41,561 nucleotides of DNA, taken from NCBI GenBank assembly GCA_963790475.1, contig CAWBOS010000004.1:1-41561 (forward strand). The letters are read 5' to 3'. This DNA is from an uncultured delta proteobacterium (GTDB lineage: Bacteria; Desulfobacterota; RBG-13-43-22). Position 1 is the stretch's first letter. Every line of letters begins with the position of its first letter. A model generated the notes under the pieces. The model did not search any database, was not told the origin of the DNA, and saw nothing but the letters and a program-made list of their open reading frames with translations. The position numbers and the translations under genes are program-made. Positions 11,759 to 19,189 of the stretch are shown here, one piece after another.

Positions 11759-11830
11759 CGACAACGTTCAGGGTGTGGATTTCGACGGTCGCGCAGCGGA
11801 TGGCGAATACCCACCACCCTGTTGTTAGCC
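11759..11830 (-). other. Integron attC site of the GNAT cassette
   Basis: Minus: GGCTAAC (contains the stop codon)-AACAG-GGTGGTGG...CCACACC-CTGAAC-GTTGTCG; the L boxes pair with one extra base, as in canonical attC. Confidence 0.8.
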
Positions 11831-12337
11831 AGCCGCTTTGAATCCTAAGTGGAACTCAACGATTCCCTGGGGGATGTGTCCATCGAATGACATGGCAAAG
11901 AAGACGTCTTCCGGAACTCCCTCGTGGACAAGTCCCCGAGTGTTCTGGAATCCGAAACGCTTGTAGTACTCCGGATGCCCCACAAGGCAGCATCCCCGGG
12001 CACCAAGCCCTTTCAGCCGTGACAGTCCCTCTTGTATCAACGCCCCGCCAATCCCCTGCCGCTGGTATTCGGGCAGAACCGATACAGGCCCCAGTCCGTA
12101 CCAACCCGGAGAGCCGTCGGACATCGTCACCGGAGAAAACGCGATATGTCCAACTACGCGCCCATCCATCTCAGCCACGAGCGAAACAGTTAGGGCGTTG
12201 GAGGCGCGGAGCGCGGCAATGATGAACTGCTCCGTGTGATTGCTGATCGACAGAGTACTGAATGCGGCGATTGTGACGTCGGCAATGGTACCGACATCGG
12301 CATCGGTCTCACTCCTGATAACTATCCCGGTCCTCAT
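11825..12337 (-). CDS. GNAT N-acetyltransferase, YhbS-like (cassette gene)
   Basis: VVGHIAFS, LGPVSVLPEYQRQGIGGALI, VGHPEYYKRFGF; start at 12337 after a GAGAGGA RBS. Confidence 0.9.
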   Translation of the reverse strand: MRTGIVIRSETDADVGTIADVTIAAFSTLSISNHTEQFIIAALRASNALTVSLVAEMDGRVVGHIAFSPVTMSDGSPGWYGLGPVSVLPEYQRQGIGGALIQEGLSRLKGLGARGCCLVGHPEYYKRFGFQNTRGLVHEGVPEDVFFAMSFDGHIPQGIVEFHLGFKAAG

Positions 12338-12355
12338 GCGATTCCTCTCTTTATT

Positions 12356-12439
12356 GTCTAACGTGTTTGGCATGAGCGGCGGTCAAGGACCGCTCTTTAC
12401 GCAGATACTAACGCCGTCCGCTCGATGCCATTTTTAGCC
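12356..12439 (-). other. Integron attC site
   Basis: Minus: GGCTAAA-AATGG-CATCGAGCGG...CCGCTCATG-CCAAACAC-GTTAGAC; the L boxes pair with one extra base; R'' has AAA instead of AAC. Confidence 0.7.
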
Positions 12440-12607
12440 AGGAGCAGATGCCGGCTGAATCTCGAAAGACAGTGCTTTGCGCTTGGGATACAGACGCTTG
12501 ATGAGGGCGCCCAGGTCTTCTAGCGCAGCGCGCTGGTCCTCGATTGCGCCGTCAACTGATCCGTATAGACCGTCAATCAGCTGCTTCAGAATCACTACCT
12601 TGGCCAT
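12434..12607 (-). pseudogene. Probable 3' remnant of an unknown cassette gene
   Basis: Short ORF (AKVVILKQLIDGLY...SAPG) whose TAA lies in the R'' box of the attC at 12356-12439. Confidence 0.35.
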
Positions 12608-12689
12608 CGGCCGTACGGCTGGGCCGCCCCCTGGGTAGCCGATCAGCGGCATGCCGCGGCGGCTGTCTGGCTGGCCCTGAGCTGATCCG

Positions 12690-13085
12690 CTACTGCCAGC
12701 GATCGAGCGAGGCGATCTGGATCAGATTGCCGCAGGTGTCGTTCACCACCGCGATGGTCGAGCCGGTGACTTTGGTCGGCGGCATGGTGAACTCCGCGCC
12801 CGCCGCCTTCATCCGGTCGTATTCCCGCTGCACGTCGTCTACATAGAACATGGCGGCCGGCCGGCCCTGCTCGAACATCGCCTGCTGGTAGGCCTTAGCC
12901 GACGGGTTGTCATTCGGGGCGAGCTGCAGCTCGACGCCGTCGGGCTCCTCGGGTGAGGCTACGGTGAGCCATCGGAACGGCCCCTGGGTGACGTCGGCTT
13001 TCTTCACGAAGCCCAGGACATCGGTGTAGAAGCGCAGCGCTTTCTCCTGGTCGCCCACGTAGATGCTGGTCACTTTGATTTTCAT
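12690..13085 (-). CDS. VOC/glyoxalase family protein
   Basis: IYVGDQEKALRFYTDVLGF, WLTV, FYVDDV, DTCGNLIQI; visibly more GC-rich than its neighbours. Confidence 0.9.
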   Translation of the reverse strand: MKIKVTSIYVGDQEKALRFYTDVLGFVKKADVTQGPFRWLTVASPEEPDGVELQLAPNDNPSAKAYQQAMFEQGRPAAMFYVDDVQREYDRMKAAGAEFTMPPTKVTGSTIAVVNDTCGNLIQIASLDRWQ

Positions 13086-13202
13086 GGTGCTTTCTTCCTG
13101 TCATATCGGTTCGGTGTGGTTCGTCACTATGAATGTTTTTCGAGAGTGTTGAGCTGCATGCCGAGTGCCGTTTGTGCCTGGATCAGCACTGAGTACCTCG
13201 AA

Positions 13203-13424
13203 TTATCGTCGAATTGTTTCCTTTCCTTCGGTATGAGAAACCGTCACAAGGCGACCTTTCGCAGAAACACCAAAAGTAATAAAACGTTCTTCATAAATTG
13301 AATGATCGGGATCGAGACCGGTTGCAGCCATAGGGTCACTCAATGCGGTGGCTGCTTCCTCAAAAGAAACCCCATGCTTCTTAAAGTTGTTTTTTGCCTT
13401 CCTCGGGTCCCATTCGATTTTCAT
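13203..13424 (-). pseudogene. BrnT-family toxin, C-terminally truncated, no brnA
   Basis: EWDPRKAKNNFKKHGVSFEEA, EERFITFG; ends at IRR instead of the usual IRIISAR. Confidence 0.75.
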
Positions 13425-13437
13425 GTTCCAGATTATA

Positions 13438-13707
13438 TCATGTTCTTGGAATCATGTCTCGATAGTAATTCTCGTGAGGCCCAATCATAACAAACTCCAA
13501 ATCATCGCCAACCCTTCGATAGGATAGCAAATGGATTGTTTTGAGTTTGAATTTGTGTACGGAAACGCCTCTCAAGTCACCCTTCTTTTCTTCGCTTACG
13601 CCGGGGTCTTCTGCTATTTTCTTTATTTCTCTATCCAGTGAATCCTTTTCGGACTTTGACATCCTCTTTACTTTTTTCTCAAATGACCTTGACTGGTAAA
13701 TTCTCAT
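13438..13707 (-). CDS. RelE/ParE-family toxin
   Basis: EEKKGDLRGV.VHKFK...IGPHENYYRD signature; extreme C-terminus possibly replaced. Confidence 0.8.
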   Translation of the reverse strand: MRIYQSRSFEKKVKRMSKSEKDSLDREIKKIAEDPGVSEEKKGDLRGVSVHKFKLKTIHLLSYRRVGDDLEFVMIGPHENYYRDMIPRT

Positions 13708-13713
13708 ATCTAA

Positions 13714-13932
13714 CTATCCAAACTTATATTCGGTCTTCTCGTTCTCATCCAACTCGTCCAACCCAATCAGGATTTCCTTTATGAGGGAATATGGCAAGTC
13801 AGGATTCTCTTCTGCGCATTTGCCCATGCGTGCCCAATGCTCAATCTGACCGGCCAAAGACCTGTGATCGATCCGCCCAAATCTTTTTGCCTCACTTACA
13901 AGTTTTTCAGATATTCTTACTGCTGTGGCCAT
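13714..13932 (-). CDS. ParD-like antitoxin
   Basis: HRSLAGQIEHWARMGKCAEENPDLPYSLIKEIL; GGAGG RBS; directly upstream of the toxin. Confidence 0.85.
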   Translation of the reverse strand: MATAVRISEKLVSEAKRFGRIDHRSLAGQIEHWARMGKCAEENPDLPYSLIKEILIGLDELDENEKTEYKFG

Positions 13933-14024
13933 GGAAGTTCCTCCAAACGGTAATGTTACAATATGCTATCATTTTATATTAAAGCGTAGCATAATGCAAC
14001 AATAGATTGCTCATTCATTCTGAG

Positions 14025-14113
14025 GGGTAATGCGGCGTTGACCCATGGCACGCAGGTTGCGGGGCCGAAGGCCATGCAAGCAAGTGACATCGGGTCCAAT
14101 GGCCTTGTTGGTG
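14025..14113 (-). other. attC-like site, repeat copy 2 (non-canonical ATT core)
   Basis: Minus: CACCAAC-AAGGC-CATTGGACCC...GGGTCAACG-CCGC-ATTACCC. Confidence 0.6.
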
Positions 14114-14321
14114 CCGCCTGCGGAGGCGACAACCAGTTATTGAGGAGTTTCTTTATAAGTATCAAGAAGTTTTGAGTTGTCAATGTCAGTACTGAAATGC
14201 CATCTCATATCTCTTTAATATCATTATTTTTCGACAGTTTTCCAATATCCCATTTATTTTCTTAAGATCTTCTGTTCAAGTCAGGTGTCTCACAGTCCTC
14301 ATCATCTTTGAGAAAAATCCC

Positions 14322-14364
14322 TTGACTGCTTTTGCGCACCCGATCTAATGTGTATTAGATACAC
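14322..14364 (+). promoter_or_regulatory. Putative vapB promoter with operator palindromes
   Basis: TTGACT...TCTAAT overlapped by ATCTAAT-GTGT-ATTAGAT and GTGTA-TTAGA-TACAC inverted repeats. Confidence 0.55.
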
Positions 14365-14385
14365 ACCAAAAAGGGGAGCAATTCA

Positions 14386-14586
14386 GTGAGAACTAACATC
14401 ATCATTGATGATCTTCTTTTGGAAGAGGCTTTTTCCGTCAGCCAGAGCAAAACCAAGAAAGAGATCATTCATGAGGCCTTGAGGGAAATGATCCGGTTAA
14501 GGAAAAGGAAAGACTTAACCGAACTGGCCGGACGTATCTCTTTTTATCCGGGTTTTAGCCATAAGACTTTAAGGAAAACCGGATGA
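14386..14586 (+). CDS. VapB-family antitoxin
   Basis: MRTNIIIDDLLLEEA...TKKEIIHEALRE pattern; GTG start after AGGGGAG. Confidence 0.85.
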   Translation: MRTNIIIDDLLLEEAFSVSQSKTKKEIIHEALREMIRLRKRKDLTELAGRISFYPGFSHKTLRKTG

Positions 14587-14627
14587 TTTCGTTGGATACC
14601 TGTTTTAATGCAGGACCTACACCATAG
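14583..14627 (+). pseudogene. Stub of a VapC/PIN toxin
   Basis: ATGA overlap with the vapB stop; reads MISLDTC (PIN start xxxDT) and stops after 14 codons. Confidence 0.55.
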
Positions 14628-14650
14628 CCTGCTTCTAAAGTCAAACCATT

Positions 14651-14992
14651 ATGCACGAACTTTCGCTGGCCCAAGGTATTCTGGATATTGTGGAGCAGGA
14701 GATGAGACGTCACGGGGCAACCCGGGTAAGCCTCATCCGGCTGGATGTCGGAGAATTTACGGCTGTGGTCCCGGAAAGCCTCTCTTTTTGTTTTGAAGTG
14801 ATCACTAAAAACACCCCCTTCGAAGGGGTCAGACTGGAGTTGAACCCGGTTCCACTCACCGGACGATGTAAGGGGTGCGGTGAGGAATTTAAGATCCAGG
14901 ATTATACCTTTATCTGCCCTCGGTGTGAATCCAAAGATATTGAAACGATTGCCGGCAAAGAACTGCTGATAAAAGAGATTGAGGCGGAATGA
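14651..14992 (+). CDS. hypA: Hydrogenase nickel metallochaperone HypA
   Basis: MHELSLA N-terminus, CxxC...CPxC, GKEL. Confidence 0.95.
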   Translation: MHELSLAQGILDIVEQEMRRHGATRVSLIRLDVGEFTAVVPESLSFCFEVITKNTPFEGVRLELNPVPLTGRCKGCGEEFKIQDYTFICPRCESKDIETIAGKELLIKEIEAE

Positions 14993-15008
14993 GGGGGCCC
15001 AAAATATT

Positions 15009-15201
15009 TTCACCGCAAAGGCGCGAAGAGCGCAGAGAAAACCAATTTTAATCAATCCCGTGAGTGGCGGGATTGAGCAAAACAACTCTGGCCTCCGGCC
15101 AAATATTCTCCCGGAGGGTAGTAACAAAGCTTTTGTTTGCCGGCCCTCTCACCGGCAAACACAAATTATCTTCTTTGCGCTCTTTGCGCCTTTGCGGTGA
15201 A
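15009..15201. repeat. Long palindromic element, family D
   Basis: TTCACCGCAAAGGCGCGAAGAGCGCAGAGAA / TTCTTTGCGCTCTTTGCGCCTTTGCGGTGAA arms with internal hairpins; related to 20261..20527. Confidence 0.8.
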
Positions 15202-15252
15202 TTCATCGTGGTTCACACAGGTCCTCTTTCAAAAAGCTAAACAAATAAAAGA

Positions 15253-17562
15253 ATGAAGATTAGATATCATGTTTCCATCCAGGGGATTGTGCAGGGGGTA
15301 GGATTTCGCCCCTTCGTTTATCAACAGGCCAAGGCCGGAAATTTAACCGGCTATGTGACCAACACCTCCCAGGGGGTGGAGCTGGAGATTGAAGGAGAGT
15401 CTGAAGCTGTTGAAAATTTTTTACAGGCCCTCCAAAACAATCCCCCTCCCCTGTCCCGTATCACCGGCCTTCAGGTTACCCCCCTGCCCTTGGCTCATAA
15501 GCCTCAATTCAGCATCCTCCAAAGCATTATCCAGGAGGAACGGTCAGCCCTTATTTCTCCGGATATCGCTACCTGCCACGATTGTTTAAGAGAACTCAAA
15601 GACCCGACGGATCGCCGCTATCAGTATCCCTTTATCAATTGCACCAATTGTGGCCCCCGTTATACCATCATTCAGGATATCCCCTATGACCGGGCCAAAA
15701 CCACCATGGCCGCTTTTATCATGTGTGCCGAGTGTGCCGAGGAATACCACTCCCCCTTGAGCAGAAGGTTTCATGCCCAGCCTAACGCCTGTCCCCAATG
15801 CGGCCCTCAGGTTTTCTTGCACAACGAACTTGGGCTTTTGGTGAACGTTACTGATCCCATCCTGGAAACCGCCCGGCTTCTTAAGCAAGGGCGCATAGCC
15901 GCTATCAAAGGTCTGGGGGGATTTCATCTGGCCGTGGATGCCACGAATGAAGAGGCGGTTCAGCGTTTAAGGGCCCGGAAACACCGGGAGGAAAAACCCC
16001 TGGCTTTGATGTCCAGGGACCTGGAGGGTATAACCACCTATGCCCGGGTGGGTAATAAAGAAAAAGTTGTTCTCGAATCCAAAGAACGTCCCATTGTTTT
16101 GCTGTCCAAGAAATTACCCAACTTGATCGCCCCTTCGGTGGCCCCCGGCAATCAGTATTTTGGGGTCATGCTGCCCTATACCCCTGTCCATCACTTACTT
16201 TTCGATCATGATTTTACAGCACTGGTCATGACCAGCGGGAATCTCTCCGAAGAGCCGATTTGTCTTGAAAATGAAGAGGCCTTCCGGCGTTTAAAGGGGA
16301 TTGCCGATTTCTTCCTGGTCCACAATCGCGAAATCTATTTGCGCAGCGATGATTCCATCGTTCAGAAAGTATCCGGCCGTCTTCGGCAAATGCGAAGGTC
16401 CCGGGGTTTTGTGCCCATACCGATTTTCTTGAAAGAACCGATCTCCCCCATACTGGCTTGCGGGGCCGAGCTTAAAAACACCATTTGCCTGACCAAAGGC
16501 AATAGGGCCTTTCTGAGCCAGCACATCGGGGACCTGGAAAACCTGGAAACCCTGGATTTTTTCAAATTGACCGTCAATCATTTAAAGCAGATCCTCCAGA
16601 TCGAACCGGAGATCATCGCCTATGACCTGCATCCCGATTATCTGAGCACCCGCTATGCCCTGGAACAAAAAGGGATACGCACCATAGGTATCCAGCATCA
16701 TTTCGCCCATATGGTGGGCTGCATGGCCGAACACGGGCTTGATGAAAAAGTGATTGGCCTTTCTCTGGACGGGACCGGATACGGACTTGACGGCCGGATC
16801 TGGGGCGGAGAAATTCTGGTCGGGGACTTGTCTTCCTTTGAACGGAGAGGCCATTTTGCCTATCTGCCCATGCCTGGAGGGGCCAGGGCCATCAAAGAAC
16901 CCTGGCGCATGGCCGTCAGCTATTTATATCAAGCCTATGGGGAAGACCTTTGGGAACAACCCCTGCCTTTTTTGAAAAGGTTGGAGCGCTCCAAGGTGGA
17001 TACCCTCGTGAAGATGATCCGGCAAGGAATCAACAGTCCCCTGACCTCCAGTTGCGGACGCCTCTTTGACGGAGTGGCCGCTTTAATCGACCTGAAGGAA
17101 ACCGTGGCCTTCGAAGGCCAGGCGGCCATGGAACTGGAGATGATTCAGGGGAAGGAAACGGTTTCTTCTTATCACTGGGAAATCATCGAAGAAAACGGGA
17201 TCCATATCATCCAACCGCCGGCGATCATAAACGGAGTGGTCGAAGATGTAATCAAGGGAAGCTCCCGAGAACGAATCAGCCGCCGGTTTCATCTAACCTT
17301 GATGGAAGTCCTGACTCAGATCTGCAAAACGATTAGGGAGGAGTCCGGAAGGGGAAAAGTGGTTTTGGGCGGAGGAGTCTTCCAGAACCGGACCCTCTTA
17401 GCCGGCATGGAGGAGAGGCTTCAAAAAGAAGGCTTTCAGGTTTACAGCAAGGCCTTGATCCCCTCTAATGATGGAGGGATCGCCCTGGGCCAGGCAGTAG
17501 CGGCCCATTATATGAGTAAAAAATCTAAGGAGTCAGAATCCAGGAGTCAGAAGCCAGAATAA
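15253..17562 (+). CDS. hypF: Carbamoyltransferase HypF
   Basis: GIVQGVGFRPF acylphosphatase domain, zinc fingers (NCTNCGPR, HAQPNACPQCGP), KGLGGFHL, QHHFAH, NDGGIALGQ. Confidence 0.97.
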   Translation: MKIRYHVSIQGIVQGVGFRPFVYQQAKAGNLTGYVTNTSQGVELEIEGESEAVENFLQALQNNPPPLSRITGLQVTPLPLAHKPQFSILQSIIQEERSALISPDIATCHDCLRELKDPTDRRYQYPFINCTNCGPRYTIIQDIPYDRAKTTMAAFIMCAECAEEYHSPLSRRFHAQPNACPQCGPQVFLHNELGLLVNVTDPILETARLLKQGRIAAIKGLGGFHLAVDATNEEAVQRLRARKHREEKPLALMSRDLEGITTYARVGNKEKVVLESKERPIVLLSKKLPNLIAPSVAPGNQYFGVMLPYTPVHHLLFDHDFTALVMTSGNLSEEPICLENEEAFRRLKGIADFFLVHNREIYLRSDDSIVQKVSGRLRQMRRSRGFVPIPIFLKEPISPILACGAELKNTICLTKGNRAFLSQHIGDLENLETLDFFKLTVNHLKQILQIEPEIIAYDLHPDYLSTRYALEQKGIRTIGIQHHFAHMVGCMAEHGLDEKVIGLSLDGTGYGLDGRIWGGEILVGDLSSFERRGHFAYLPMPGGARAIKEPWRMAVSYLYQAYGEDLWEQPLPFLKRLERSKVDTLVKMIRQGINSPLTSSCGRLFDGVAALIDLKETVAFEGQAAMELEMIQGKETVSSYHWEIIEENGIHIIQPPAIINGVVEDVIKGSSRERISRRFHLTLMEVLTQICKTIREESGRGKVVLGGGVFQNRTLLAGMEERLQKEGFQVYSKALIPSNDGGIALGQAVAAHYMSKKSKESESRSQKPE

Positions 17563-17868
17563 CCAAACACCCAAGAGAAGTATTCGTTGCCTTTCTCTCT
17601 TTATATGGACTCATAAAAGTCGCCAGAACTCGAGGAATGTCATTCCGGTCCCTCATCAAGTGCGGGATAGACTCCAGCCGGAATCCAGTGTCATAAATTG
17701 GTTATATTTATCCTGGACCCCGGCTTTCGCCGGGGTGACGACTTTTTACAAGTTTGTCTTTTTTATTTGACTTCTAACAGGAAGTAAAAGAAAAGCAACC
17801 GGAAATTGTAGACCATTATCTGAAAATTTTTTTATTCTGGATTCTGAATTCTGACTCCTGTATTCTGT
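17529..17868. repeat. Inverted heptamer arrays (GAGTCAG/AATCCAG ... CTGGATT/CTGACTC) enclosing a family A element
   Basis: ggagtcagaatccaggagtcagaagccagaa at about 17530-17559 and ttctggattctgaattctgactcctgtattctg at about 17835-17867. Confidence 0.75.
17608..17753. repeat. Family A element inside an outer ACTC..AAAAGTC / GACTTTTT.C.AGT inverted repeat
   Basis: Reverse-orientation counterpart of 36137..36282. Confidence 0.8.
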
Positions 17869-17875
17869 TTTTCAA

Positions 17876-18769
17876 ATGATCGCTTCGCTTCATCCCTGCA
17901 TAACCAAAGACCTCAATATTCTTTGTGCCGGTCGGTCCCTGACTCGGCGGGAAAAAAACCGGCTGAAAAAAGCCCGGGCTATTATTGTCTCCCAAGGGGT
18001 GACCGCCGAAGTCTACCAGGATTGCCGCAAACTGGTCCCTCATGTCTTTCCTAATTATGACCTCCGATTTCCAGGGGAGGGAAAGGTGGGAGACAATTTA
18101 CTTTTTGAGTATTTCCAAGTCCCCCATCCTAAAACAATTATTTTTCAAGACCGGAAATCCTTGTGGGAAAATTTTCCGGATCTGGAAATCCTGCCAACCC
18201 TTTTATCCGGCTACCCGCTGATATTGAAGGCCAACAGCGGAGGTGAGGGGGCCTTTGTTTTCTTGATTCATTCCCAACAGGAATTGATCGAGAGACTGGA
18301 AGTAATACCCAAAGGCCCCACTCCTTCAGGAGGATTTATTCTGCAGGAACGGATCGATCATGGAGGAAAAGACTTGAGGGTGGTGGTTCTTTTTGATACT
18401 CTCTATGCCTACTGGCGCATTCAGCCCAACCCGGATATTTTTTTGACTAATCAGAGCCGGGGAGGACGGATCGAATTTGACGGAGATGTCATTCTGAAGG
18501 ACCGGGCGGTACAGGCGGTCAGGGGGTTTTGTGAAAGCAGCGGGATCAATCTGGCCGCATTGGATATTATCTTTGATCGAAGAGACAAATCTTCTGTTCC
18601 TTTATTTCTGGAAATCAATTATTATTTCGGCAGAAGGGGACTGGGGGGCTCCCTGCGTTTTTATGAAATGTTTGAACAGGCGACCGACCGCTGGCTGGCC
18701 ACCTTGCCAAAAGAGAACTCAAAGAATAACAGTTCAAGATCCAAGGGAAACCATTGGCAATGCACTTAG
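17876..18769 (+). CDS. ATP-grasp (RimK-like) ligase
   Basis: YPLILKANSGGEG, FILQERI, DLRVVV, TN, AALDIIF and LFLEINY motifs. Confidence 0.8.
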   Translation: MIASLHPCITKDLNILCAGRSLTRREKNRLKKARAIIVSQGVTAEVYQDCRKLVPHVFPNYDLRFPGEGKVGDNLLFEYFQVPHPKTIIFQDRKSLWENFPDLEILPTLLSGYPLILKANSGGEGAFVFLIHSQQELIERLEVIPKGPTPSGGFILQERIDHGGKDLRVVVLFDTLYAYWRIQPNPDIFLTNQSRGGRIEFDGDVILKDRAVQAVRGFCESSGINLAALDIIFDRRDKSSVPLFLEINYYFGRRGLGGSLRFYEMFEQATDRWLATLPKENSKNNSSRSKGNHWQCT

Positions 18770-18813
18770 AGCTTATACCGTGAAGTAACTATACCCTTTA
18801 TGTGAATTTTTAT

Positions 18814-18938
18814 CAGGTTGGTCAAAAAGGCACAGATGCAAGGCGTCTGAAATCTCGAGGAATGAGTCGTACAAGTTAGTACGTCGCAATGACGAGGGAT
18901 GAGGGCAACGCCGCAGATCTGCCTTTTTCAACGACCGG
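18814..18938. repeat. Structured repeat, family C
   Basis: AAAAAGGCACAGATGCAAGG...CGTAC..GTACG..GCAA.GACGAGG...GCAGATCTGCCTTTTT; homologous to 35210..35333. Confidence 0.8.
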
Positions 18939-18952
18939 ACAAAGGAGTTTTT

Positions 18953-19189
18953 ATGTGTCTGGCTGTTCCCATGAAAGTTAAAGAAATTACCGGCAACTCC
19001 GCCGTTGTCGAATATGAAGGGACCCGGCGTGAGGTGCGGTTGGATCTGGTTGATCCCAAGCCCAAGGTCGGAGATTATGTCATCATCCACGCCGGTTTCG
19101 CCCTGCACCTCATTGATGAAGAAGAAGCCCAAGAAAGTCTGAAAACCTGGAAGGAAATCCTGGCCGATGCCCATGAAACATTTGAGTGA
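18953..19189 (+). CDS. hypC: Hydrogenase chaperone HypC
   Basis: MCLAVP start after AAGGAG; VGDYVIIHAGFA. Confidence 0.95.
   Translation: MCLAVPMKVKEITGNSAVVEYEGTRREVRLDLVDPKPKVGDYVIIHAGFALHLIDEEEAQESLKTWKEILADAHETFE

Noticed and set aside
11513-11828. ORFs 11513..11764, 11584..11817, 11619..11828 (and 13974..14183)
   Set aside because: They are translations of attC-like palindromes with no RBS or family motif.
11599-14134. Twin repeats as a CRISPR array or IS terminal repeats
   Set aside because: Only two ~105-bp direct copies 2.4 kb apart; no spacer periodicity, cas gene or transposase.
14979-15200. Small ORFs in family D repeats (14979..15200, 20252..20461)
   Set aside because: Translations of palindromic repeat arms (TAKARRAQR / TAEAQRTQR); no independent coding evidence.
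18899-18952. N-terminal extension of HypC
   Set aside because: Derived from the family C repeat; HypC needs Cys2 (MCLAVP) and has an RBS before 18953.
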